Shown here one piece after another: positions 43,879 through 52,591 of a DNA stretch of 64,000 nt. The stretch covers positions 60,601 through 124,600 of the IMG/VR virus record IMGVR_UViG_3300045012_000235. One strand, written 5' to 3'. This DNA comes from a virus. A program made the position numbers and the translations under genes. Under the pieces are notes generated by a model, which saw only the letters and a program-made list of their open reading frames with translations, did not search any database and had not been told where the DNA came from. Position 1 is the first letter of the stretch. Each line of letters opens with the position of its first letter.

Positions 43879-45807
43879 TTACAGCAGCGTGATCGGTTGC
43901 GAGACGACCGGTGCTCCCAGGATGAGTGACAACGTTCGCGCATAGAGACCGCTCAGCCTGGTAGGAAGCGGGTTCGACGCCAGCGTGCGCGGATTGACCA
44001 CCGTGGCGGTCGCATGAGACGTCGCTCCGGTGACGGTTTCGCTCCGCACGAAGCCGCTCTTGACCGATCCTGGATTGAAAGCAAGGGTCCCCGACTCGTC
44101 CATGCCGGGGTTGTCGTAGAGCACGGTGCCCGTGCCGCCGCTCTTCTGTCCGTTCACGGTCTCGCCCGGCGTGAACGGCCCGCCCGTCACGTCCACGTAC
44201 GTCAGCGCGGGGGCGGTTTGCTGCGGCAACGTGAACTCCGCGAGCAACGTCATGAGGTGCGCGTCATCCGGTGGCGCCGCCTGCGAGGGGGACACGAGAA
44301 ATGCCGAACTCACGACGGCGTCAGCTTCCTCGCTCACCGATCGTGCGGGACGGATGTTCGCGAAATCGTGGTGAGTCTCTGCTCCAGGGGCGATCTCCGG
44401 ATTCGATAGGCCCGTGTACGCCGTCGTCAGCTTGACGAACGTCGCGCTCACGGATGCGACCGAGTATTGCACGCCCGGTTGCGCGTCGAACTCGATCGTC
44501 GCTGAACCTGTCGCGGTCGTTGCTGCGGCCGACGTGCCACTGTATGGGGTCGTGAGGATGCCGATTGTGCCTGCGTCGATCGCGACGGCGAGCACGTACG
44601 TGACAGTGGGCTGCTCGGCGAAGACGATGCCGGTGCCCGCGGGGAGTGTTTGCGCGACGGAGAACACGATCTCTTCGTCGCCGTGAGTTACATCGACGGT
44701 GCCCGAGAGCGCCTCTCCTACGATGACGCCGATCTGGCTGACCGTCGTCAGCACGGTCGGCGACCCCTGATTGACCCAGAAGTCGCCGGCGAGCTGGGGC
44801 GCGCTGTTTTGCTGCTGCGCGAGCGCGAAGTAGCTCGGCGGCAGGTAGATGAGCGGCCGGGTGATCGTGAGCTGAGCGGCGTCGGTGAGATCCGGGAAGT
44901 CTGCGGGTGTCGCTTCGGAGGGAAGAGGTGGTAGGAGAGCCTCGAGCGCGGCGAGCGTGATTTGTCCAACGCTGTTCTCGAAAGCTCCGGTCTGGAAGAC
45001 GAAGCACTCGGTGATTTCGGCAACGTCTATGCTGCCCCCGGCGAGCGTGACCACGGCCGGGAATTTTCCCATCAACTTCGTGTGGACCGTGAATGGGCCC
45101 GCCCCGGTCGAGTCGAGGTAGGTGAGCGCCATGATCTGCGCGCCGCTGCCGGCCGGGATCGCGGGCGTTGTGTCGACGCCATCGGTGTCGAGGGTGCTTG
45201 TCGAGTAGAACGCGACGACCGCCGCGGGCGCGGGGAGGGTCACGGGCCGCAGCGTGTACCGGTTGATGGTCGTTTGCTCCAGCGTGTACGGGAGCGTCGG
45301 CGACGCAACCGGAGGTGCATGCTCAGGACCGGTCGGCCGGCATGGGAATGGCGGCGGAGCGGGTGGGGAGTCGACGCTCGTCATGTTGAGCGTCAGGGTG
45401 CGGGTCGCGACGGGCGCGGTCACTGTTCCGCCGCCCGTATACGCGCCGTTGCCCGTGCTACCGACGAGCGCGAAGCTGTCGCCGGTGAGGTCCGCGATTT
45501 CGAACGATCCGTTGGCGGCGGTGTTGCCGGTCGCGTCGGCGAGGGTTACGACCATGCCGTTCGCGAGCCCTACGGTGGATGCGACTCCTACGACGATCGG
45601 GCTTGCGTTCGTGGCGGTCAGGACCGCCTGCGAGTACGCCGCGGAGGCGTCGCTCGCGACGGTGAGTCCAAACGCTTGCCCGAGAACCGGGTCGGTCGTG
45701 TCGTCTGTGTACAAGGGGACCGCGGAGAGCTTCGCGGCGGCCTGCGTGGGCGTGTAGATCGAGCCGGACGTCGCGATGCTAAAAGCCAGGGCGAGCTGGT
45801 TTGCCAT
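43879..45807 (-). CDS. Large beta-rich virion surface protein (spike/receptor-binding candidate)
   Basis: 642 aa, Thr/Ala/Pro-rich, few basic residues; ATNASPIVV...GLANGMVV...GNTAANG...GNGAYTGGG resembles the E1-FCCH-like modules of phage structural proteins. Confidence 0.6.
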   Translation of the reverse strand: MANQLALAFSIATSGSIYTPTQAAAKLSAVPLYTDDTTDPVLGQAFGLTVASDASAAYSQAVLTATNASPIVVGVASTVGLANGMVVTLADATGNTAANGSFEIADLTGDSFALVGSTGNGAYTGGGTVTAPVATRTLTLNMTSVDSPPAPPPFPCRPTGPEHAPPVASPTLPYTLEQTTINRYTLRPVTLPAPAAVVAFYSTSTLDTDGVDTTPAIPAGSGAQIMALTYLDSTGAGPFTVHTKLMGKFPAVVTLAGGSIDVAEITECFVFQTGAFENSVGQITLAALEALLPPLPSEATPADFPDLTDAAQLTITRPLIYLPPSYFALAQQQNSAPQLAGDFWVNQGSPTVLTTVSQIGVIVGEALSGTVDVTHGDEEIVFSVAQTLPAGTGIVFAEQPTVTYVLAVAIDAGTIGILTTPYSGTSAAATTATGSATIEFDAQPGVQYSVASVSATFVKLTTAYTGLSNPEIAPGAETHHDFANIRPARSVSEEADAVVSSAFLVSPSQAAPPDDAHLMTLLAEFTLPQQTAPALTYVDVTGGPFTPGETVNGQKSGGTGTVLYDNPGMDESGTLAFNPGSVKSGFVRSETVTGATSHATATVVNPRTLASNPLPTRLSGLYARTLSLILGAPVVSQPITLL

Positions 45808-45945
45808 GTTCAGGGGAGGCTACCACGATCATGCGCGTCTTTCGTGGCGTAGAAGCCCGCCCGGCGACCCGCAAAGGATTTGCATCCAACAGGCATCACG
45901 TGGTAGACATTGATTGACAGCGAGCCACAAAGTGGGAGAAAGATC

Positions 45946-47739
45946 ATGTCCATTCGCGTCTTCAAGTACGGTCTGCTTGCGCCCACCACGAACGCCACCC
46001 TCGTGCGAGATCAACTCCGGCTCATGGGTCGGTACCGCAATGTTCTCACGGAGATCGAGTGCGCCCGGCGAGCTGCTCTGCGCCCAGTGCTTCGGGCGCA
46101 CGGGGACATTGCACAACTCGAGGCTGACGTGGGGCGGGCTCAAGCCGAATTGGACGCTGGACTCTTGGCGGTGCGCTCGGCCCGCGCGCAGACCCGCAGT
46201 CGGTCGGAAACTCAGGAGATGCGGGCGCGGGTCACGGCGGCTCGCGAAGTCCGGCGGCTCGCGAAGGGCGTGCTCGCTCAGGCCAGGCAAGCTCAGAAGA
46301 GCGATCCCGGTATCCTCGCCGCCAAGGATCGCATTCACGCCCGCGCTCTCGAGCTCACGAAATCCGCTCGGGAGCACTGCGGGGTCTACTGGGGCAGTTA
46401 CCTTCTTGTCGAGGACGCTGCAGGGAGTTCCTTCGAGAGCACTCCAATGTTCGACGGGACCGAGCCGTCCGATCCTCGGTTCGTGCGCTTTGATGGTCAG
46501 GGATCCGTCGGCGTGCAGATCCAGGGCGGCCGACCCGCGATTCAGCTCTTCGAGGAGAATACACTCTGCCGCATCGAACTGATCGAGGGGCGCCGCAATC
46601 CGGTCCTCCACCTGCGGGTGGGGTCGAAAGAGGACGGATCGCCGGTATGGGCAATTTTTCCGATGAAGATGCACCGGCCGTTTCCGCTGGGGAGCGTTGT
46701 CAAGAGAGTGACGGTTTCCATCCGGCGAATTGGCCCGCGCGAGCGATGGACCGTGCAATTCACGCTCGTCATTCCCGACGAGATCCGCGCTGCCATCAAC
46801 GATCGTAGGGTGGCGATTGACGTAGGATGGCGCCAGATGAGCGACGGCTCGGTTCGCGTGGCCTACCTCCGCGGGACGGACGGCTACGAGCACGACATGC
46901 GGCTACCGGCCCGGCTCGTCGAAGCCTTCGGACGGTCGGACGGTCTGCGCCGGGTTCGTGACAAGAACTTCAACGCCATTCGCCCGCAACTCGTTGCGTT
47001 CCTCGCGGCGAATCAGGTTCCGGCATGGCTGGTCAAGGCTACCGAGACGTTGCCGTACTGGCGGTCGGCCGGCCGGCTGGCTGCCCTCACTCGCAAGTGG
47101 GCTCAGAATCGCTTTCAGGGCGACGAGGCGGCCTACGACGCAATGGAGGCGTGGCGATACCACGATCACCACTTGTGGAGCTACGAATGTGATGAGCGAG
47201 CCAAGCATCTTGGGCATCGCAAGGACATCTACCGGGTCATGGCTCGGCAGCTCGCCAACAGGTACGAGCGACTCGTTCTGGAGGACTTTGATCTCCGGGA
47301 GGTTGCTGAGGTCCCGGCGCCCGACTCCGAGGAGCAGAACATTGCGGCGGCTCGCGCCAAACGTCAACGCATCGCAATCTCGGAGCTCCGCCTGTGCCTT
47401 GTGAATGCGTTCACGAAGATGCGCACGGACCACGTGTCTGCCGTGGACTCGACGCACATCTGCCACGTCTGCGGCTCGGTTGAAGAGTTTGATGCGGCCG
47501 TCAAGGTGAGCCACACGTGCTCTGGTTGTATGACGACGTGGGACCAGGATGACAACGCTTGCTATGTTCTCTTGGCTCGAAGCGAGCCGACGGGCGATGA
47601 CGAAACACCCGGGGGCGCTCGCGGGGAGGAAACTCCAACGATTATCGAGACTCGGTGGAGGCGGGCGGCTCGGTTGGCGGCTGAGAGGACGGCCAGAAAT
47701 GAGATCGCTCGCAAACCGGAGGGCAATGCTGCAGAATGA
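45946..47739 (+). CDS. cas12m: Type V CRISPR effector, Cas12m (V-M/V-U1)-like, ~597 aa
   Basis: GGGAG RBS before ATG 45946; long REC coiled coil; YWGSY, RFDGQGSVGVQIQ, MHRP, RuvC-I AIDVGWR, LGHRKDIYR, RuvC-II LVLED, zinc finger CHVC...CSGC, RuvC-III WDQDDNA; CRISPR array starts 21 bp after the stop. Subtype assigned from remembered motifs. Confidence 0.82.
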   Translation: MSIRVFKYGLLAPTTNATLVRDQLRLMGRYRNVLTEIECARRAALRPVLRAHGDIAQLEADVGRAQAELDAGLLAVRSARAQTRSRSETQEMRARVTAAREVRRLAKGVLAQARQAQKSDPGILAAKDRIHARALELTKSAREHCGVYWGSYLLVEDAAGSSFESTPMFDGTEPSDPRFVRFDGQGSVGVQIQGGRPAIQLFEENTLCRIELIEGRRNPVLHLRVGSKEDGSPVWAIFPMKMHRPFPLGSVVKRVTVSIRRIGPRERWTVQFTLVIPDEIRAAINDRRVAIDVGWRQMSDGSVRVAYLRGTDGYEHDMRLPARLVEAFGRSDGLRRVRDKNFNAIRPQLVAFLAANQVPAWLVKATETLPYWRSAGRLAALTRKWAQNRFQGDEAAYDAMEAWRYHDHHLWSYECDERAKHLGHRKDIYRVMARQLANRYERLVLEDFDLREVAEVPAPDSEEQNIAAARAKRQRIAISELRLCLVNAFTKMRTDHVSAVDSTHICHVCGSVEEFDAAVKVSHTCSGCMTTWDQDDNACYVLLARSEPTGDDETPGGARGEETPTIIETRWRRAARLAAERTARNEIARKPEGNAAE

Positions 47740-47760
47740 AAAGGAGTGTTTGGGTGACCT
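47582..47760 (+). promoter_or_regulatory. CRISPR leader overlapping the 3' end of the effector ORF
   Basis: GCGAGC (47582)/GCTCGC (47617) inverted pair, a second CGCTCGC at 47706, and an A-rich tract before repeat 1; the degenerate repeat is at the far end of the array. Confidence 0.55.
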
Positions 47761-49159
47761 GTGGCAGAGGGAACGCGACCCCTTCAAGCTCGCGACGGAT
47801 CGGCCCAGGCCGTATGATTCGCGAAGTCCACGTGGCAGAGGGAACGCGACCCCTTCAAGCTCGCGACGTCGATCGTCGCGAGCTTGCCCGCCAGCTCGAC
47901 GTCGTGGCAGAGGGAACGCGACCCCTTCAAGCTCGCGACTGGTGGTGGGCCGTCGCTACTCGGTTGGCTGGGCGCACGTGGCAGAGGGAACGCGACCCCT
48001 TCAAGCTCGCGACCGAGCAAAGGACGCTCTCTGCATCATCGACGACTTGTGGCAGAGGGAACGCGACTCCTTCAAGCTCGCGACTCATGGTGAGACGGGC
48101 GGTCTGCGCCAGCCAAGCGCAGCGTGGCAGAGGGAACGCGACTCCTTCAAGCTCGCGACCAGGCTTCGGTCGCACGGGCTCGATTGCGTCGCAGAGGTGG
48201 CAGAGGGAACGCGACCCCTTCAAGCTCGCGACCGGGGTACTGTGACAGACGACAAGGACGTTGACGAACCGGTGGCAGAGGGAACGCGACCCCTTCAAGC
48301 TCGCGACGAGAGCCTCACGTAGATGGCGACGCGGGTCGGAAGCGCGGCAGAGGGAACGCGACTCCTTGCAAGCTCGCGACTTGAACGTGAGGACGCCCCA
48401 CTGCTGGCTGCCGCCCGGTGGCAGAGGGAACGCGACTCCTTCAAGCTCGCGACACCGTCGCCGTCGTTGCGCCGCCTAGCATGGCGTCCGGTGGCAGAGG
48501 GAACGCGACTCCTTCAAGCTCGCGACATCGCTGTAAGAATCTCGACCCGTCGCAGGCGCCCGGGTGGCAGAGGGAACGCGACTCCTTCAAGCTCGCGACG
48601 GGGAAACCGCTGGCGGGACGCTTTTGCCCCGTCTCGTGGCAGAGGGAACGCGACTCCTTCAAGCTCGCGACCGCATCAATCACGACGTGCCGCCGCCGCT
48701 CTCGCGCGTGGCAGAGGGAACGCGACTCCTTCAAGCTCGCGACATGGCGGTCGACGTGGAAAAGTCGCGCGTTACCCTGTGGCAGAGGGAACGCGACCCC
48801 TTCAAGCTCGCGACGTGCCGTAGGCAGATAGGTAGTTGCAGGCACCAGTTGTGGCAGAGGGAACGCGACTCCTTCAAGCTCGCGACTTCCGGCACGCCTT
48901 ACAGCTGCCCTGGGCGCGCTCGTGGCAGAGGGAACGCGACCCCTTCAAGCTCGCGACAGTCAACGGCGTGGCCGAACGAAGTGGCTGCGTTGCTCGTGGC
49001 AGAGGGAACGCGACTCCTTCAAGCTCGCGACGCCGTTACGCGCACCCACCCCTCACGCGCGTAGTTCGTGGCAGAGGGAACGCGACTCCTTCAAGCTCGC
49101 GACGACGAGAACATGAATGGTTCGTGGCAGGGGGAACGCGACTCCTTCAAGCTCGCGTA
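47761..49159 (+). CRISPR. CRISPR array: 20 repeats (36 nt, GTGGCAGAGGGAACGCGACYCCTTCAAGCTCGCGAC), 19 spacers
   Basis: Repeats start at 47761, 47832, 47904, 47978, 48049, 48124, 48197, 48272, 48344 (variant, 37 nt), 48418, 48491, 48564, 48636, 48708, 48779, 48851, 48922, 48996, 49068 and 49124 (degenerate). Spacers are 35-39 nt except the last (20 nt). Confidence 0.98.
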
Positions 49160-49206
49160 GAGGGAATGTTCTTCTGCAGGACAATGATGCGCTATCCTCC
49201 CAGGGC

Positions 49207-49611
49207 ATGGCATCCTCCATCGCTGAAGCTTTCAAACAAGCCATCCTCACGAAGCGACCTGTCCGTCAAGATCCAAACCTTGCGCTTGTCGCGCACTGCA
49301 TCGCGCAAGCGTTGGCGCTGACGCCCACCGAGCTCGCCAAGGTGACCGCCGGCGTGCGCTCCGGGATCGCGAGCGGCGCCCTCAAGGTGACGATCCCGCA
49401 CGACGGGACCGGGCGAATCGATGAGACCAAGCTGCCGCCGCTGCCCAAGCTGCCGAAGGCGACGATTCATCCTCAGCGACCCGGGGCAGCTGTCAGCGAG
49501 CGCCTGGTCTCCCGGCTCGTGTCGACGTGCGCGACCTTGACCGCGAAGGAGCTCACGCTCGTGACGCAGGGCGTGCGGGCGGGGTTGCTCGCTAGGGGCG
49601 CGAAGCCCTAG
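49207..49611 (+). CDS. Hypothetical protein with an internal duplication, directly after the array
   Basis: LTPTELAKVTAGVRSGIASGA and LTAKELTLVTQGVRAGLLARGA. Confidence 0.6.
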   Translation: MASSIAEAFKQAILTKRPVRQDPNLALVAHCIAQALALTPTELAKVTAGVRSGIASGALKVTIPHDGTGRIDETKLPPLPKLPKATIHPQRPGAAVSERLVSRLVSTCATLTAKELTLVTQGVRAGLLARGAKP

Positions 49612-49855
49612 GTCGAGATCTCGGGCGGTAGAGGTGGCGATTCACGATGAGAGGAGCCGCCGCTCGAGGTTGCCGGCTCTCCATGTATTTCACTTCAGTG
49701 ACGGGGCCTGCAGGAGCAGCAGCGGCCGGGGCGACCTGGGTGACGTGAGGCAACTCGGCGGCCTGGGGCGCTTCGTGGTCCGGTGTAAGCCGCTTCTTGA
49801 GCGCGGAGAGCGTATCGTGGATACTTGTTTGAATGGACATGCGTGATGACTTTGC

Positions 49856-50683
49856 ATGCCGTGTGCCGCCATGTATGAGGTGAAACAGGCCGCCATAGCG
49901 CGCGCCATAGACGTTCTTCGAGGGGGACCGCTGACGGCTGCAGCGTTCGCGGTGAAGATGTGGCCGGACCGGGTCACGGGTCGGACTCCCGGTCAGCACT
50001 CGAAGATGGGGCACTCGTTTCTTCGTCGTCTCGGCGAATTGAACTACATCTCGCGCATCGGCGACCTGTGGACGGTAAGCGTTTTTGACGGCCGTACGGC
50101 CGGTGGACAGGCTGTGCACGGTGAGACAAACGGCTATCCATCAGCCAACGGATACCCTGTTGGACCACCGCCTGACGGCCATTCAACGGCGAATGGGTAC
50201 CCCGTGCAACATTCCACCGGGCAGGCAACGGGTCAGGCCATCGGACATGTGACCGAACAAGCAGAGAGACAACGGCTTCATCGGCTGGTCCAGCAGGCGG
50301 GTGAACTGCTACCGACGGTGACGCACGACGCGGTGTTCGGTGACCTCCGGATTCGATCGATCGCGGTCGACGCCGCGCTCGTCGAGGCGTGCGCGATCGT
50401 CGTGCTTTCCGGTCACCAAGCGAACGTCTATCCGCCCTGTTCGGCGCCCTCCATGCTCGTCGGTCTCTCGCCGGCGGAAGCGGCGCGAGTCCTTCTTTTG
50501 CGCTGGAATCAGTCGGGGCAGGCCCCCGAGCTGCCGCGAGCCGGCGCGTGGATCCGCGTCCCCGACGGGATCATCGCTTGCCCCGGCTTCTGGCGTCCCG
50601 CAGGCGCGTCCGTGGGTTGGATCGACCCAGAAGACGTCAGGGCGCGGGTCCAGCGCCAGAGGGCCGCTGCGGGGCTCGCGTAG
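49856..50683 (+). CDS. Hypothetical protein with a winged-helix-like N-terminus and NGYP-repeat linker
   Basis: GPLTAAAFAVKMWP...FLRRLGELNYISR; three NGYP repeats. Confidence 0.5.
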   Translation: MPCAAMYEVKQAAIARAIDVLRGGPLTAAAFAVKMWPDRVTGRTPGQHSKMGHSFLRRLGELNYISRIGDLWTVSVFDGRTAGGQAVHGETNGYPSANGYPVGPPPDGHSTANGYPVQHSTGQATGQAIGHVTEQAERQRLHRLVQQAGELLPTVTHDAVFGDLRIRSIAVDAALVEACAIVVLSGHQANVYPPCSAPSMLVGLSPAEAARVLLLRWNQSGQAPELPRAGAWIRVPDGIIACPGFWRPAGASVGWIDPEDVRARVQRQRAAAGLA

Positions 50684-50774
50684 GGGTCTGGAGTGGCGGC
50701 GGGGAAGGGTCTAAACGAGCGGATTTGACTCCCAACCTTATCAGTCGAAGGTGCGCGGCCGTTTCGGCGTTGCG

Positions 50775-50802
50775 GAGCACGAAAAGGGGCATTATCGTGG
50801 GC
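50775..50802. promoter_or_regulatory. Candidate tyrosine-recombinase core site (11-6-11)
   Basis: gagcacgaaaa-ggggca-ttatcgtgggc; arms match at 8/11 positions as an inverted repeat; ends 10 bp before the recombinase ATG. Confidence 0.45.
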
Positions 50803-50812
50803 AAACCACAGC

Positions 50813-51916
50813 ATGACTCGACCACTTTTGCCTACACGGGAGACGTATGCGGCGGTCGTCCTGCCCGGGATCCCGCTCCCTGCTATTGCGGTCCCGCATA
50901 GTGATGAGCCGCCCGCGGAGCGAATCTTCAAGCACTGGCTGGACGGTCGCGACCCAGCGACGATCGCTGGCTACCGGGGGGACCTAGCCGATTTGGGCGC
51001 CTTCATGCGGGACTCGAGCGGGAAGCCTCTCGTCCACCCGTCCGCTCGTCGGAGCCCTAAGGAGTCTGCGGCCGCCGCTAGGACGGCGATCGAGGCTCTC
51101 GTGTCGCTGGGCAATACGCAGGGGCCCACGATGGCGAATGCTTTCGTGCTGGCGTACCGAGCGCACCTTATCGGCGAGAAGGTTGCCCCCAGGACCGTCA
51201 ACCGTCGGCTGGCCGCGATTCGGTCGATGCTCAAGATGGCGCGATCGATCGGTTTCATCACCTGGACGGTCGAGATCGAGAGCATGAAGGTGGAGAGCGT
51301 CAAGGACACCCGTGGGCCCGGCCGGGACGCGGTTGCGATCATGATGGGAGCCCTGGTCAAGCGAGCGCATGGCGGCGACCGACACGCGTTCAGGGACCTC
51401 GCCATCTTGCGTCTCCTCTACGATCTGGGGCTCCGGCGGGGGGAGGTTGCCTCGCTCGATCTTGAGCATTGGGAGCCGACACGTCGGCGGCTCATGGTGT
51501 GGGGGAAGAAGCGTGCGGAGCGTGAACCCATCGACGATGTCCCGACCGAGACCGCGCGTGCCCTCGATGTGTGGATCAAGGTCCGGGGTGAAGAACCAGG
51601 GGCGCTCTTCATGTCGTTCGACCGGCGCATGAAAGGTCATCGACTGACCGGCTGGAGTATCTGGAGCACGATCACTGAGCTGGCCACCAGCCTCGGTTTG
51701 AACGCTCGGCCACACGGAGTCCGGCACACGGCCATCACCGAGGTGCTCAACGAGAGTCGGGGCGACGTCCGGGCCGCGCAACGGTTTTCCAGGCACAAGC
51801 GGCTCGAGACCTTGCAGGTGTACGACGACAACCGAGAGAACCTCGGAGGGCAGCTCGCTGCGAAGATCGCAGCGGACATGCCGGGACTCGACGAGAAGGA
51901 GGAGATTTCACGATGA
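50813..51916 (+). CDS. Tyrosine recombinase (XerC/D-like integrase/resolvase)
   Basis: SAM-like N-domain (TVNRRLAAIRS); catalytic R (LGLRRGE), K (GKK), HxxR (PHGVRH), H (SRH) and Y (LQVYD). Confidence 0.92.
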   Translation: MTRPLLPTRETYAAVVLPGIPLPAIAVPHSDEPPAERIFKHWLDGRDPATIAGYRGDLADLGAFMRDSSGKPLVHPSARRSPKESAAAARTAIEALVSLGNTQGPTMANAFVLAYRAHLIGEKVAPRTVNRRLAAIRSMLKMARSIGFITWTVEIESMKVESVKDTRGPGRDAVAIMMGALVKRAHGGDRHAFRDLAILRLLYDLGLRRGEVASLDLEHWEPTRRRLMVWGKKRAEREPIDDVPTETARALDVWIKVRGEEPGALFMSFDRRMKGHRLTGWSIWSTITELATSLGLNARPHGVRHTAITEVLNESRGDVRAAQRFSRHKRLETLQVYDDNRENLGGQLAAKIAADMPGLDEKEEISR

Positions 51917-52392
51917 CCGTGAAGATGAGTCAACTGAGAATTACCAGGGACATGCTCGCAGCGTGGGCAGCCGAATGCGGGCTGGATCTCGTACCGAAGC
52001 CGCCGTACGTGCTCGAAGATCCGAGTCAAGGGATGGTTGACGAAGCCATGAGATCAGCGCAGGAAGACGATCGAATGAGAATGGTCGATGGGATCGCCAA
52101 AGTCTACTTCCTTCAGGAAAACGGAACTGGAGCCATCAAGATCGGGACGTCGAAGCATCTGAAGAAGCGTATCGACGAGCTGACTCGAGAACTCCCTTCG
52201 GAGTCCACTCTCCTAGCGACCACGGACGGATGGCGCGAGACGGAGTGGGTACTACAGCGCCGCTTCGTCCACGCTCGCATCCGCGGCGAGTGGTTCCGCC
52301 CGGTGCCCGAGTTGCTCGAGTACATCGCAGGCTTGAAGGCGGCAGAGTCGAGTTCCGCGCAGCCCAAGTTGGCGCAGGTGTCCAATGGCTAA
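51913..52392 (+). CDS. GIY-YIG/T5orf172-domain protein
   Basis: VYFLQENGTGAIKIGTS...RIDEL...E..LQRRF...RIRGEWF. Confidence 0.8.
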   Translation: MTVKMSQLRITRDMLAAWAAECGLDLVPKPPYVLEDPSQGMVDEAMRSAQEDDRMRMVDGIAKVYFLQENGTGAIKIGTSKHLKKRIDELTRELPSESTLLATTDGWRETEWVLQRRFVHARIRGEWFRPVPELLEYIAGLKAAESSSAQPKLAQVSNG

Positions 52393-52591
52393 ACTCTTCC
52401 GCCTCTTCGAGGAAATTCCAGCCCGAAGCCGTTCTTGTGAAGTACCCCACGCCCCCAATGCAAAAACAATTGTCGCGATGCGTGAGGCGAGACGCGGAGG
52501 GCTTCCGCGTTTCAAGGATGTGCACGTGCTCTTGGCCGACCTAAATGCGGACGATTGAGCGGACCACCGCGTTTTCTCTTCCCGTCGATAA

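Noticed and set aside
45946-47739. IS200/IS605 TnpB transposon
   Set aside because: The protein is much longer than TnpB, has a REC coiled coil, abuts a CRISPR array, and has no TnpA or IS-end hairpins that I could see.
47856-47886. Spacer 2 contains 12 nt complementary to the repeat 3' end (anti-repeat/tracr-like)
   Set aside because: It is a normal-length spacer in a leader-proximal position that translates as plausible coding sequence; probably chance in GC-rich DNA, though it could misfold that crRNA.
47549-49321. Many ORFs with repeating WQRERD/VAEGTR/GRGNATP peptides
   Set aside because: These are translations of the CRISPR repeats, not genes.
45946-52392. CRISPR-associated transposon (Cas12k-type CAST)
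   Set aside because: No TnsB, TnsC or TniQ in the window; the only recombinase is a tyrosine recombinase.
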